This document shows, piece after piece, positions 38,364 to 48,779 of a DNA stretch of 64,000 nt. The translations under genes and the position numbers were made by a program. Below the pieces are notes generated by a model. The model made no database searches. It had not been told where the DNA came from and was given only the letters and a program-made list of their open reading frames with translations. Positions within the stretch are counted from its first letter, which is position 1, and each line of letters begins with the position of its first letter. This DNA is from Candidatus Shapirobacteria bacterium (lineage in GTDB: Bacteria > Patescibacteriota > Microgenomatia > UBA12405), in contig JBAZTV010000001.1 in the NCBI GenBank assembly GCA_041661765.1, positions 135,755 to 199,754 on the forward strand, in the 5' to 3' direction.

Positions 38364-39276
38364 TGTTATTTCCATTGGCGGCGCCACCATCGATATTTTT
38401 GTTAAATCTCCACAATTTATCGTCGACAATAATTTATTATCTTTGGAATATTCCTCCAAAGCCGAAATCAGTCAAAGTTTAATTTGCAGTGGCGGCGGAG
38501 CCACTAATTCCGCTGTTTCTTTTAGTCGTCTTGGCTTAAAATCAATTTGTATTTCCCTAATTGCCGATGATCATTTAAGCAATTACATCATCGACGATTT
38601 AAAAAAAGAATCAGTCAACACCAATCTTTTAATTAAAAATAAAAAAGATACCACTGATTTTTCTATTATTTTAGTTGCTCCTGATGGTGGTCGGTCTATC
38701 CTTACCAATAGGGGAGACACTCGACTCGAAGAAAAAAACATTAATTGGGATAAAATCCCTAAAACCAAATGGTTTTATATTACTTCCCTTGAGGGTAATC
38801 TTGATTTATTAGAAAAATTAATCGGTTTTGCCAAAGAAAATAACACTAAAATTGCCCTAAATCCAGGCAATCGTGAATTAGTCCAAAGAAAAAAACTTCT
38901 ACCTTTATTAAAGCTAGTTGATTTTTTACTTTTAAATAAAACCGAATCGGAAACTTTAGTCGGTCTTAATATTGATGATAAAGATTTTTGGACTCATCTA
39001 GTTTCTCTTTCACCACCCACCACTGCCGTTACTAATGGTCGCAATGGTGCTTTTGTTTTTGCTGATGGTAAACATTATTTCTCTCCTATCATTAATGTTA
39101 AACCAGTTGATGAAACCGGCGCTGGTGACGCTTTTGGTTCTACTTTTGTCAGTGCTCTAATTTACAAAAACACTCCTCAAGAAGCCCTCTTTTGGGCCAT
39201 CAAAAACTCCGCCTCTGTTGTGTCCGCTCTCGGCGCCAAACCCGGTCTTCTTACTCTTAAACAAATTAAAAAATAA
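38356..39276 (+). CDS. PfkB family carbohydrate kinase
   Basis: GGGATNSA, NKTE and DETGAGDAFG. Confidence 0.92.
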   Translation: MLDVISIGGATIDIFVKSPQFIVDNNLLSLEYSSKAEISQSLICSGGGATNSAVSFSRLGLKSICISLIADDHLSNYIIDDLKKESVNTNLLIKNKKDTTDFSIILVAPDGGRSILTNRGDTRLEEKNINWDKIPKTKWFYITSLEGNLDLLEKLIGFAKENNTKIALNPGNRELVQRKKLLPLLKLVDFLLLNKTESETLVGLNIDDKDFWTHLVSLSPPTTAVTNGRNGAFVFADGKHYFSPIINVKPVDETGAGDAFGSTFVSALIYKNTPQEALFWAIKNSASVVSALGAKPGLLTLKQIKK

Positions 39277-39281
39277 ACCCC

Positions 39282-39896
39282 ATGCTTCCTAAACAAGAAA
39301 AAATCAAAAAGAAACCAGACACTGAACAGCCTGGTCTTTTTGATAAAGTAGATGAAAAAAAACGCCTTGCTAAAAAAAGAAAATTTATTTACATTGCCAT
39401 GATTTTAACTGTCGGCCTCAGTTTGTCTTTCTGGGCCTATCGTTCGATTAAAAATTTTAAAATGCCAACTTTAAATATCCCAGTTTCTTCACCAAAAACT
39501 ACTTCTATAAAAACCACCAATAGCTTTACTTTACCAAAAGACACCAATTCAACTTGGTCTTTTTTCTTAAAAAGAATCGATACTAATTCCGTTATTTATC
39601 AAAACAACCAAGATATTATTTTTTCCACTCAAGATCAAAATTCTATTTTAAATAAAATTAATCAAACCGATTTTATTACCCCAAGCCTTTATTCTTCTAC
39701 TCTCCCTCAAGGTCTTAAAATAAAAGAAATTGTCGAAGAAAATGATTCTACTTTTTCTTATTTTTCTACCATCACCACTCCTGCGCAGCAATTACTTTTA
39801 ATTATTAAAATTATTGATTCCAAAGATTTGACTCAAGCTAAAAATTCAATTCCCGATTTAATTAATCAACTGTATTGGTATTCTCTTCAAAAATAA
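39282..39896 (+). CDS. Hypothetical single-pass membrane protein
   Basis: One TM segment followed by a T/S-rich linker. Confidence 0.7.
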   Translation: MLPKQEKIKKKPDTEQPGLFDKVDEKKRLAKKRKFIYIAMILTVGLSLSFWAYRSIKNFKMPTLNIPVSSPKTTSIKTTNSFTLPKDTNSTWSFFLKRIDTNSVIYQNNQDIIFSTQDQNSILNKINQTDFITPSLYSSTLPQGLKIKEIVEENDSTFSYFSTITTPAQQLLLIIKIIDSKDLTQAKNSIPDLINQLYWYSLQK

Positions 39897-41814
39897 TCTT
39901 ATCATCAGGTAATGAAACTGTTGATCCCGTCCATTGTTCATCAATTTTATTTTCTAAAATTTTGGTCATAATTCTATTCCAAATTGGCGTCGCCCCGCTC
40001 ACTCCTGAAGCCACCCAACTCATTGGGGTTGCGTTATTATTTCCTACCCAAGTCGCCACCAAATAACTAGGCGTCCACCCAATACACCAATTATCTTTTA
40101 AATTATTTGTCGTTCCGGTTTTTACCGCCACCGTTTTTCCTTCAATTTTTAGTTTTGAATTTAATCCAAAAATAGGCGATCTTGCTTGGTCATCACTCAA
40201 GATACTATCAATTGTTAATACTAAATTAGGATTCACAATTTGTTCCGATTCTTTTTCTTTGGTGTAAATATTTTCTCCCAAATAATTATCAATTTTATAA
40301 ATCGGATTAATTTCAACTTTATCTCCCAAATTAGCAAATATGGTATAGGCCTGAGCCAGCTCTGTCATTTTAACTTCACCGCTTCCCAATGCCAGTGACA
40401 ACCCATATCTGTTTCTGTCTTTCCATGTAGTTATTCCCATTTTTTCGGCTAAATCAATCATATTATTCACTCCATTTTCTGCCAGCAATTTCACCGACGG
40501 CACATTTAAAGATGATGCTAATGCTGTTCTCAATGTCACTTTACCTAAATATTTACCGGTATAATTTTGTGGTGAATATGGTTTTTGTCCCGGCACATAA
40601 TAACTCACCGGACTATCATCAATATAATCTTCTGGATTTTTCCCTTTTTCAAATGCCAATAAATAATTAATTGGTTTTATTGACGATCCTGGCTGCCTTA
40701 ACGAAGTTGTCACGTTCACATTGCCATCAATATCAGTCGCGTCATAATCCTTTGATCCCACCATCGCTAAAATATCGCCATCTTTTACTCCCACTACCAA
40801 CGCTGCTCCGTTTGATATTTTTAAATTTTTCACTTTGTTAACTTCATCTTTAATCACTTTTTCCGCTTCTTTTTGAATATTCAAATCTAAGCTGGTGTAA
40901 ATATTTAACCCCTGTCTTTCCATATTTATATAACCATATTTATTTTCCAATAAATTTTTAATATAAAAAACAAAATGGGGAGCTTCTATTTTTTGTTTAT
41001 TTTTAGCAAACATCAATTTTTCGGCCAATATTTTTTCACCATCTTTTTTGAAAATATATCTAGCCGATATCATTTCTTCAACCACTCTTTTTTGTCGTGA
41101 AATTCCTAATTCTGGATCACTGCCAAAAGGGGAGTAAGAACTTGGAGCTGCCGGCAGTCCCGCTAAAAATGTCATTTCTTCATCCGCCAAATCCCAAACA
41201 TTTTTCCCAAAATATTTTAAAGCCGCTTCTTGGACACCATAAGCTTCACCCCCATAAGACACTTGATTGAAATATCTCTCCAAAATTTCATCCTTAGTCA
41301 ATTTTCTTTCCACCCTCAGAGTCAAAATTGCTTCCTTAATTTTTCTTTTAAAAGATTTTTCATTAGTTAAAAATACATTTTTAACTAATTGTTGGGTAAT
41401 TGTTGAACCACCTCGTAATTTCTCATCATCAGATTTTTTAAAGTTATAAATAAATGCCTTTAAAATTCCCTTCAATGACAATCCGCCGTGTTTATAAAAA
41501 TCTTTATCTTCAATTGATAAAGTTGCTTCAATAAATGTTTTCGGGATTTTATCTAAACTTATCCAAGTTCTATTTTCTTCTTCGTAAAAACTATAAAGCA
41601 GATTTCCATTTCGATCAAAAATTTTAGTTGATAATTTTGGTGGATTATAGATTAAATTTATATCCGGTATTTCTTTATTTAGAAATTGATAGCCGTTATA
41701 AGTAAATATAATTAAAATAATTATTATTAAAAAAAATTTTATTTTTTTCCAAACCCAAAGAGTTAACCTTCCCGTCGCTATCAAAAACTTAATTAATTTT
41801 TCCAGTAAAATCAT
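39862..41814 (-). CDS. Class A penicillin-binding protein (transglycosylase/transpeptidase)
   Basis: EDKDF, GGSTITQQLVKN, SSIK, SLN and KTGT. Confidence 0.95.
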   Translation of the reverse strand: MILLEKLIKFLIATGRLTLWVWKKIKFFLIIIILIIFTYNGYQFLNKEIPDINLIYNPPKLSTKIFDRNGNLLYSFYEEENRTWISLDKIPKTFIEATLSIEDKDFYKHGGLSLKGILKAFIYNFKKSDDEKLRGGSTITQQLVKNVFLTNEKSFKRKIKEAILTLRVERKLTKDEILERYFNQVSYGGEAYGVQEAALKYFGKNVWDLADEEMTFLAGLPAAPSSYSPFGSDPELGISRQKRVVEEMISARYIFKKDGEKILAEKLMFAKNKQKIEAPHFVFYIKNLLENKYGYINMERQGLNIYTSLDLNIQKEAEKVIKDEVNKVKNLKISNGAALVVGVKDGDILAMVGSKDYDATDIDGNVNVTTSLRQPGSSIKPINYLLAFEKGKNPEDYIDDSPVSYYVPGQKPYSPQNYTGKYLGKVTLRTALASSLNVPSVKLLAENGVNNMIDLAEKMGITTWKDRNRYGLSLALGSGEVKMTELAQAYTIFANLGDKVEINPIYKIDNYLGENIYTKEKESEQIVNPNLVLTIDSILSDDQARSPIFGLNSKLKIEGKTVAVKTGTTNNLKDNWCIGWTPSYLVATWVGNNNATPMSWVASGVSGATPIWNRIMTKILENKIDEQWTGSTVSLPDDKIIFEENTNTVD

Positions 41815-41815
41815 C

Positions 41816-43960
41816 TCAATTAACAAAGGCAGATGACGTATTAGGACTTGTATCTCCCACTAATGGGCAATCTAAACACACTTTAACCCCACTAACATCG
41901 GTCACCACCATATGATCCTGCCATTCCGCATTTGGTGTCTCTTCATTATCTTTCACGATCCTACCAGTGTCTTTATTAATTAATACATTCATTCTCAAAC
42001 CGGCCGCCGCTGGTAAAAATTTTTTATTAAAATATTCATAATGAGAATCACAACCGCCTTCTGGAACCGCCCCACCAGTTAAATTACAAACATTCATTCC
42101 AATCACATCGGTTGGCATCACTGGTTTTTTAACAGTTTTGTCTTTTAATAATTCAGTCATTATTTTATTCCAAATTGGTGCCGCTCCACTTATTCCCGAA
42201 ACCACTCCGCTCATTTTTGAATTATCATTGTTTCCCACCCAAGTTCCAACCACATAATCGGCTGTGTAGCCATAAGTCCAATTATCCCTCAAATCATTCG
42301 TAGTGCCAGTTTTTACCGCCACCTCTGGGTGGTTTTTAATATTTAAAAGTGATCCTCTACCAAATACCATACTTCTCGCTCCATCATCAGATAAAATATT
42401 TTGAATAATATACGAGGTTTCTCTCGACAACACTCTTTCTCCAATGTTTTCTTGGAATTCTTCCAAAGTTTTTCCATCTTTATCCTCAACTTTTAATATT
42501 GGTATCAAATTTTGTTTAACTCCCATATTAGCTAAAACACCGTAAGCCGTGGCCATATCTGTCATATAAACTTCGCCACCACCTAAAGTTAGTGATAATC
42601 CATAATTTGATGGGTCTTTTAATGTAGTTAATCCCATCGCCGATGCTGATGCAACAAAAGTTTCTACTCCATTTAATTTTAATACTTTTACCGCTCCAAT
42701 ATTTAAAGAATTGGCCAAAGAATTTCTAATTGTTTGTAGCCCATGATAAGCATTTCCATAATTAGTTGGGCAATAGGGCTTTTGATTCTCCAGTCCAAAA
42801 CAAGTTGGGTCATCATCGATTATTGAAGCCGCAGTTATTTTTCCCAACTCTAAGCCAACAGCATAATTTAAAGGTTTAATCGATGATCCTGGCTGCCTTA
42901 ATGCCGTCGCCACATTATATTTACCATCTATATCATTAGAAAAATAATCAATCGATCCAACCATTGCTAAAATCTGTCCAGTTTTTGGTTCAGTTACCAA
43001 AGCCGCACCATTTGTCACATTCGATTTTTTTAATTTTGCCACTTCAGAAGCCACCACTGTTTCTGTTACATTTTGCACATCCAAATCCAGTGTTGTTGTA
43101 ACTTTCAACCCTCCTTCTGTTAATTTTTTCAGACCATATTTTTCCGCCAACTGTTCTTTAACATAAAAAACAAAATGAGGTGCCAAAATTCCAGTTTTAT
43201 CTAAATAATAATTTAATTTTTCTGCTTTGGCTTTTTCCATTTCCTCTTTAGTAACAAAACCGACCTCATTCATTCTTGTCAAAACCATTTCTTGTCTAGT
43301 TTTGGCCATTTCTGGATGACTAAATGGATTATATTTTGTTGGCGATGCTGGTAACCCTGCAATCAATGCTGCTTCAGCCAAATCCAAATCTTTTACATCC
43401 TTATTAAAAATTCCTCTTGCTGCTGCTTGAGCTCCCCACAAAGTTCCACCATATGGTGTCTGATTAAAATACATCTCTAAAATTTGGTCTTTACTATAAA
43501 GAGTTTCTGTTGCCACGGTTAAAATTGCCTCTTTTACTTTTCTTGAAATTGTTCTTTCTTGTGTCAATAAAGCATTTTTAACCAATTGTTGGGTCAAAGT
43601 TGAACCACCCTGTAATCGTTTTTCAACTATAGTTCTATAAAGACCTCTCAAAATTCCTCTAAAATCAAAGCCGTTATGTTTATAAAAATTAACGTCTTCA
43701 ATTGCCAAAGTTGCTTTTTTTAAAGCATCAGGGATCTCTCCAATTTTAACCGGATTTCTTCTTTTATCTGAATAAATTTCAAACAATAATTGACCTTTTC
43801 TGTCTAATATTTGCGAAGATTGAGGATAATTACCGTTACTTAATTGAGTTGGGTTAGGTATTTCCTTAACAATATAAAAAATTATCAATACCAACAACAC
43901 TAATATTAATATCAACACCAAAAGCCATTTCTTAAAAAACTTCCTTTTAATTCCTTTCAT
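41816..43960 (-). CDS. Class A penicillin-binding protein, tandem paralog
   Basis: EDVNF, GGSTLTQQLVKN, SSIK, SLN and KTGT. Confidence 0.95.
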   Translation of the reverse strand: MKGIKRKFFKKWLLVLILILVLLVLIIFYIVKEIPNPTQLSNGNYPQSSQILDRKGQLLFEIYSDKRRNPVKIGEIPDALKKATLAIEDVNFYKHNGFDFRGILRGLYRTIVEKRLQGGSTLTQQLVKNALLTQERTISRKVKEAILTVATETLYSKDQILEMYFNQTPYGGTLWGAQAAARGIFNKDVKDLDLAEAALIAGLPASPTKYNPFSHPEMAKTRQEMVLTRMNEVGFVTKEEMEKAKAEKLNYYLDKTGILAPHFVFYVKEQLAEKYGLKKLTEGGLKVTTTLDLDVQNVTETVVASEVAKLKKSNVTNGAALVTEPKTGQILAMVGSIDYFSNDIDGKYNVATALRQPGSSIKPLNYAVGLELGKITAASIIDDDPTCFGLENQKPYCPTNYGNAYHGLQTIRNSLANSLNIGAVKVLKLNGVETFVASASAMGLTTLKDPSNYGLSLTLGGGEVYMTDMATAYGVLANMGVKQNLIPILKVEDKDGKTLEEFQENIGERVLSRETSYIIQNILSDDGARSMVFGRGSLLNIKNHPEVAVKTGTTNDLRDNWTYGYTADYVVGTWVGNNDNSKMSGVVSGISGAAPIWNKIMTELLKDKTVKKPVMPTDVIGMNVCNLTGGAVPEGGCDSHYEYFNKKFLPAAAGLRMNVLINKDTGRIVKDNEETPNAEWQDHMVVTDVSGVKVCLDCPLVGDTSPNTSSAFVN

Positions 43961-44570
43961 TATTTTCCCTATTTTTTTGATTCCAATATTCCAACTCATT
44001 TATAATTTTATTTATTTTTTCACTTTTATAATTGAATGATTTTACTATATCTTCATAAGCTAAACCAGCCTGATCAATTTGCAATTCAATTCTAAAAAAA
44101 TCAATATCTCTTTTATTTTCTTCAAAAAGATATTTTTTAGCCTCCATTAAACTATAAATTGAATTATATAAAGTTTCTGAGATTAATTGTTCACTCTTTT
44201 TATTATCAATTAATTCAACTGTTTCAAACATCCTTTTATCTGCCATAAGCAAATACACTTCAGCTTTTTCCTTTGGTGTTCGACTCAGTAAAATCCACAG
44301 TTCATCCCGAAATTTCTTTAATGAATATCTTATGTCTCCCGGTTCAATATTACTTTCAGGAACTTGATAAGTTTTTAAAATTTTTTCTCCTGTTTCAATT
44401 TCTTTTACATATTCAATCGGAATATTTTTCAAATTATTCGATCTCATATCGCTCATCATTTTTTCAAAACCAGCCGATACTAAAGACCAAAATAAAATTA
44501 TTAAACTGATTACAATTAAAAAAAATCGACCAAACCATTCTAAAAATTTTTCTTTTGGCCAGGAAATCAT
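43947..44570 (-). CDS. DUF5667-like membrane-anchored protein
   Basis: PGD.RY.LK..RD and LLMADKR..E pattern. Confidence 0.65.
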   Translation of the reverse strand: MISWPKEKFLEWFGRFFLIVISLIILFWSLVSAGFEKMMSDMRSNNLKNIPIEYVKEIETGEKILKTYQVPESNIEPGDIRYSLKKFRDELWILLSRTPKEKAEVYLLMADKRMFETVELIDNKKSEQLISETLYNSIYSLMEAKKYLFEENKRDIDFFRIELQIDQAGLAYEDIVKSFNYKSEKINKIINELEYWNQKNRENNERN

Positions 44571-44585
44571 TCCCTATTTTACCAT

Positions 44586-45359
44586 TCAATGGTGAAAGAA
44601 AGCTTCATGCAATCCAACTTTCTCATTTTTTATTTTTTTTCTCATATATAAAAATTGTGGCCAAAACACCATCCAATTTATCACTCCATCTAATCTTAAC
44701 AAAGTTTCCCTTTTCAAGGGAGATGTCTTGCGAAGCGAGACAGTGGGTTTCAAACTATAACCAGTAGCAACGTATTTTTTTGCCCAACCATTAGCCAAAA
44801 TAAATTTTTCATAAGTTTTTTTTCTATTTATCAACGGTTTCATTAATATTAAATCAACCGCATTTTTTAAATTTTGTTTTTCTTTCTTAAGCCCTAACGA
44901 TTCTTCGTCTAACCATAAATTAAAACAGAATTCATCAGCTTTCTCTCTCTCCCCAAATTTACGGTGGGGTATTTTATTCGTCTTAATAAAAAATCTCAAT
45001 TTCAACCTAGTAACCCACAATTTACTTATTTTCGTAATGATTATCAAATCAATATCATTATTTTTTTTTGGATATCCGGCTGCCACTGATCCTGTTATTC
45101 CCAAAAATAAAATATCTTTAAAATTTTTAGAAATTTTCTTAGTCAACCCTTTCGCCTTTTTCTCCTTTATTAAAGCCTCCCTGCCTGCCTGCCTCTGGAG
45201 GGTCAAGGGGAGAGGGGTTTGTTCTATTATTTTTACAAACTCTTCCTTTTTATAAACCCGATTTCCAATCAATCTTTCAAATAATTGTTTTTCATTTAAT
45301 TGGCCACCATGTTTTTGGGCATATTTAATTGTTTTCTGAATCGATTCAAAAGTATCCAT
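44586..45359 (-). CDS. Nucleotidyltransferase-domain protein
   Basis: ITGSVA...NDIDLII and FCFNLW. Confidence 0.75.
   Translation of the reverse strand: MDTFESIQKTIKYAQKHGGQLNEKQLFERLIGNRVYKKEEFVKIIEQTPLPLTLQRQAGREALIKEKKAKGLTKKISKNFKDILFLGITGSVAAGYPKKNNDIDLIIITKISKLWVTRLKLRFFIKTNKIPHRKFGEREKADEFCFNLWLDEESLGLKKEKQNLKNAVDLILMKPLINRKKTYEKFILANGWAKKYVATGYSLKPTVSLRKTSPLKRETLLRLDGVINWMVFWPQFLYMRKKIKNEKVGLHEAFFHH
44705..44750 (+). repeat. Palindromic repeat family copy, in-frame (KPTVSLRKTSPLKRET)
   Basis: TTTCCCTTTTCAAGGGAGA-TGTCTTGCGAAGCGAGACA-GTGGGTTT. Confidence 0.75.
45175..45220 (+). repeat. Degenerate or composite repeat copy, in-frame (TPLPLTLQRQAGREA)
   Basis: GCCTCCCTGCCTGCCTGCC...TCAAGGGGAGAGGGGTTT. 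Confidence 0.55.
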
Positions 45360-45411
45360 TTCCCTATTTTATCTCAAATATTCCTCACTCTTGATATAAT
45401 CAATTACTAAA

Positions 45412-46920
45412 ATGATTAATAAAAATACTAAAATCTATCGTCTTTGGGAAATGATTCCTGGTTTTTTTGCCTGGATGACTATTCTTTTTCCAATTTGGGG
45501 AGCTTTTGTTTTTCCTAAAATTGTTGCTTATTTTGTTATTGCCTTTCTTGTTTATTGGCTTTATCAATCATTCAAGTCTGCTATTTTAGCCATCATTGGT
45601 TATTTCAAAATCCAAACTGCCAAAGCTACCAATTGGCAAGAAAAATTTCAGTCAGATTTTAAATCTGATTGGCTCAAAAGAAATGATATTCATCATGTCA
45701 TTGTAATTTCTTCCTACAAAGAACCAAACGAAGTCATTGATATGGCCATTGGCAGTTTAGCCGCTCAGATTAATATTAATTTAAAAAAAATTCATGTAAT
45801 TCTTGGTCAAGAGGAACGAGCCGGCAAAGAAAATAACCAGGCTACTATCGATTATTTTTCTAAAAAATATAAAAATGTCTTTGGCAACTTAATGTTTACC
45901 GAACATCCAAGCAATCTTCCAGGCGAAATTGCCGGCAAACACACCAATGAATCTTGGGCCGCCAAATATTTCAAAAAACATTTTATCGATACTGGTAAGT
46001 TCAAAATGGAAAATTTAACCCTAACTAGTTGTGATGTTGATACTATCTTTAATACACAATATTTTTCTGCCTTAACTTATCATTTTGCTTCCAATCCAAA
46101 CCGTTATTATCGTTTTTGGCAGTCACCAATTTTTTGGCATAATAATATAAACCAAGTTCCTGCCCCTATCAGAATTATCGGTATTATGGGCAATGTTATT
46201 CATATTGCCAATATCCAAGAGCCAGATGGTTTATTTTTTAATTATTCTTGCTATTCCTCATCATATAAATTAATTGATTCAGCCGACTATTGGGATCCCG
46301 ACATGATCCCTGAAGATTGGCATATCTTTTTAGAAACTTTCTTTGCTAGCGGTGGTAAAACTGCAGTTGAACCAATTTTTTTACCAACCGTTGTCGATGC
46401 TCCAGGTGGTGAAAATTATGTTTCTGCCCTTAAAAATCGTTACAATCAATGTGTTCGTCATGCTTGGGGTGCCACTGACATTCCCTATGCCATCGAACAA
46501 GCCAGAATCCATACAGAAATCCCTTTTATTACCCGAGCTCTAAGAATTTTTAAATTAATTCAAACTCATTTAATTTGGTCCAGTAATTGGTTTATCCTAA
46601 CTCTCGGTACTTCACTTCCAGTTATTCTCAACCCTAAATTTTTTCAAACTGCCGTCGGTTACAATCTTCCCAAAATTTCCAATATTATTCTCACTATTTG
46701 TTTGTTGCCCATGTTTGTTCTAATAATTTTAGACTGGAAATTACGCCCCACCCATCAAAAAAAAGGTTTCAAAAATATTATCAAAAATATACTCCAATGG
46801 CCATTTATGCCTTTAGCCACTCTAACCATGTCGGTTCTTCCTGGACTTCATTCCCACACCCGACTTCTTTTCGGCAAAAGATTAGAATATAAAACCACCA
46901 GCAAAAAGCATACAAAATAA
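45412..46920 (+). CDS. Membrane-bound GT2-family glycosyltransferase
   Basis: YKE, AGK, CDVD, PEDW and QCVRHAWG (QxxRW-like). Confidence 0.85.
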   Translation: MINKNTKIYRLWEMIPGFFAWMTILFPIWGAFVFPKIVAYFVIAFLVYWLYQSFKSAILAIIGYFKIQTAKATNWQEKFQSDFKSDWLKRNDIHHVIVISSYKEPNEVIDMAIGSLAAQININLKKIHVILGQEERAGKENNQATIDYFSKKYKNVFGNLMFTEHPSNLPGEIAGKHTNESWAAKYFKKHFIDTGKFKMENLTLTSCDVDTIFNTQYFSALTYHFASNPNRYYRFWQSPIFWHNNINQVPAPIRIIGIMGNVIHIANIQEPDGLFFNYSCYSSSYKLIDSADYWDPDMIPEDWHIFLETFFASGGKTAVEPIFLPTVVDAPGGENYVSALKNRYNQCVRHAWGATDIPYAIEQARIHTEIPFITRALRIFKLIQTHLIWSSNWFILTLGTSLPVILNPKFFQTAVGYNLPKISNIILTICLLPMFVLIILDWKLRPTHQKKGFKNIIKNILQWPFMPLATLTMSVLPGLHSHTRLLFGKRLEYKTTSKKHTK

Positions 46921-46935
46921 GGTATTATTTATATA

Positions 46936-48393
46936 ATGTATAAAACTTTAGTTAAATTAAAATATTGGATCGTACTTTTTTTAATTTTTTTTATATTAAG
47001 AGTTCCGTCTCTCTTTGAACCATATTGGTATGGCGATGAAGGTATTTATTTAGTCTTAGGTCAGGCCATCAGAAAAGGAGTTGCTCTTTATAGTCATATC
47101 CACGACAATAAACCTCCAACCCTTTATTATTTAGCTGCTTTTGCTCAAACCGTTTTTGGTTTCAGACTTCTTCTTTTGTTTTTTATGGCTTCCACTATTT
47201 ATTTTTTTCATCGTCTTAGTCAATTTTTTCTTTCCCCCAAAGGTTCCAAAATTGCTACTTTTATTTTTTTAATTTTAACCTCAATCCCTTTATTTGAAGG
47301 TAATATTGCCAATGCTGAAATCTTCATGCTTTTACCAACAATTATTGGTGTTTTGTTTTTAGTTAAACCAAAGCCAAAGTTTCAAAATCTTATTTTTTCA
47401 GGATTATTTTTAGGTATTGCTTTCACTATTAAAATTCCAGTTATTATTGAGTTTACATTCCTTTGTTTATGGCTTTTAATCGACAATCTAGATTCATTTC
47501 AAAAAACTTCCCTTAAAATAAAAAATATTTTTATATTTGGGATCGCCTTTTTTCTACCAATCACTTTTTGGGCAGTCTATTATTATTTACAAGGCGCTTT
47601 TGTTCCATTTTTAAATGCTAGTCTTTTTCAAAATTTTGGATATCTTTCCTCTTGGTCCACTGGTACTCAAACATCTTCTGTTTCTAGTGGTGGTGTAATT
47701 ACTAGATTTCTAGTCTTATTAATTTTTTGGACTTTAATTTTCTTACTTAAAAATAGAGAAATAATTTCCAAAAAATTTTCTTTTTTACTCTTTTGGTTTT
47801 CAGCAACTATTTTTGGTTCTCTCTTATCCGGACGACCTTATCCTCATTATTTAATTCAAGTTTTACCACCATTAACCCTAATCATTATTGAATTATTAAA
47901 TTTCAAAGAAAGAAAAAATCAAATTTTATCTGCTTGTTCTTTTTTCATTTTTGTTTTTATTTTTTTTAAATTTCAATTTTATCTTTATCCTGTTTTTAGT
48001 TATTATTCCAATTTTTATAGTCATATTATTGGCATCAAACCTACTACTGACTATCGAAATTATTTTGGTTCTCAAATCAACGACGTTTATGAAATTTCTG
48101 ATTTTATCAAAATCAACACTAGTCCTACTGATAAGATTTTTATTTGGGGCGATCAACCTTATATCTATGCCCTATCCGATCGTTTACCATCATCGAAATA
48201 TACAGTTTCTTATCACATAATTGATTTTAATGGCTACCAATCAACCATGGATAAAATTGAGGCTAATATGCCTAAATTTATTGTCTATTATCAAATGACA
48301 GGTCGATCTTTTCACGATCTTGATAATTTTATTAACAATTATTATTTTGTCGTCAAAATTATTGGCGATGCCACTATTTTTAAAGTAAGATAA
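46936..48393 (+). CDS. GT-C (ArnT/PMT-like) glycosyltransferase
   Basis: WYGDEGIY, HDNKPP and NAEIF; many TM segments. Confidence 0.85.
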   Translation: MYKTLVKLKYWIVLFLIFFILRVPSLFEPYWYGDEGIYLVLGQAIRKGVALYSHIHDNKPPTLYYLAAFAQTVFGFRLLLLFFMASTIYFFHRLSQFFLSPKGSKIATFIFLILTSIPLFEGNIANAEIFMLLPTIIGVLFLVKPKPKFQNLIFSGLFLGIAFTIKIPVIIEFTFLCLWLLIDNLDSFQKTSLKIKNIFIFGIAFFLPITFWAVYYYLQGAFVPFLNASLFQNFGYLSSWSTGTQTSSVSSGGVITRFLVLLIFWTLIFLLKNREIISKKFSFLLFWFSATIFGSLLSGRPYPHYLIQVLPPLTLIIIELLNFKERKNQILSACSFFIFVFIFFKFQFYLYPVFSYYSNFYSHIIGIKPTTDYRNYFGSQINDVYEISDFIKINTSPTDKIFIWGDQPYIYALSDRLPSSKYTVSYHIIDFNGYQSTMDKIEANMPKFIVYYQMTGRSFHDLDNFINNYYFVVKIIGDATIFKVR

Positions 48394-48397
48394 TTTT

Positions 48398-48778
48398 ATG
48401 CCTTTTTTTAACTCACTATTTTCTCAGGTTTCACTTTTGGGTAACTTTTGGCAGGAAAAAATTAACAGTCAATTTTTAAGATGGAATTTATTTTTAATTA
48501 TTTTTCAAATAGTCATTCTTTTTTTTAAATTTAACAATTTACCTCAACAAGTTCCCTTATATTATTCTCTCCCTTGGGGAGAGGAGCAATTAGCTTCTAC
48601 AACCTCTCTCTTTCTTTTGCCAACTTTTTCCATTATTATCCTTCTTATCAATAATTTAATTGCCACTTTTTTCTTTAAAAGTATCCCTCTTTTTTCTCGT
48701 CTTTTAGTATTTTTTTCTCTAGTTTTTTCTCTTCTGGCTGCTATCTCTCTCACTAGAATTATTCTTTTGATTTCTTAA
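48398..48778 (+). CDS. Hypothetical membrane protein (DUF1648-like)
   Basis: LPQQVPLYYSLPWG between TM helices. Confidence 0.7.
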   Translation: MPFFNSLFSQVSLLGNFWQEKINSQFLRWNLFLIIFQIVILFFKFNNLPQQVPLYYSLPWGEEQLASTTSLFLLPTFSIIILLINNLIATFFFKSIPLFSRLLVFFSLVFSLLAAISLTRIILLIS

Positions 48779-48779
48779 T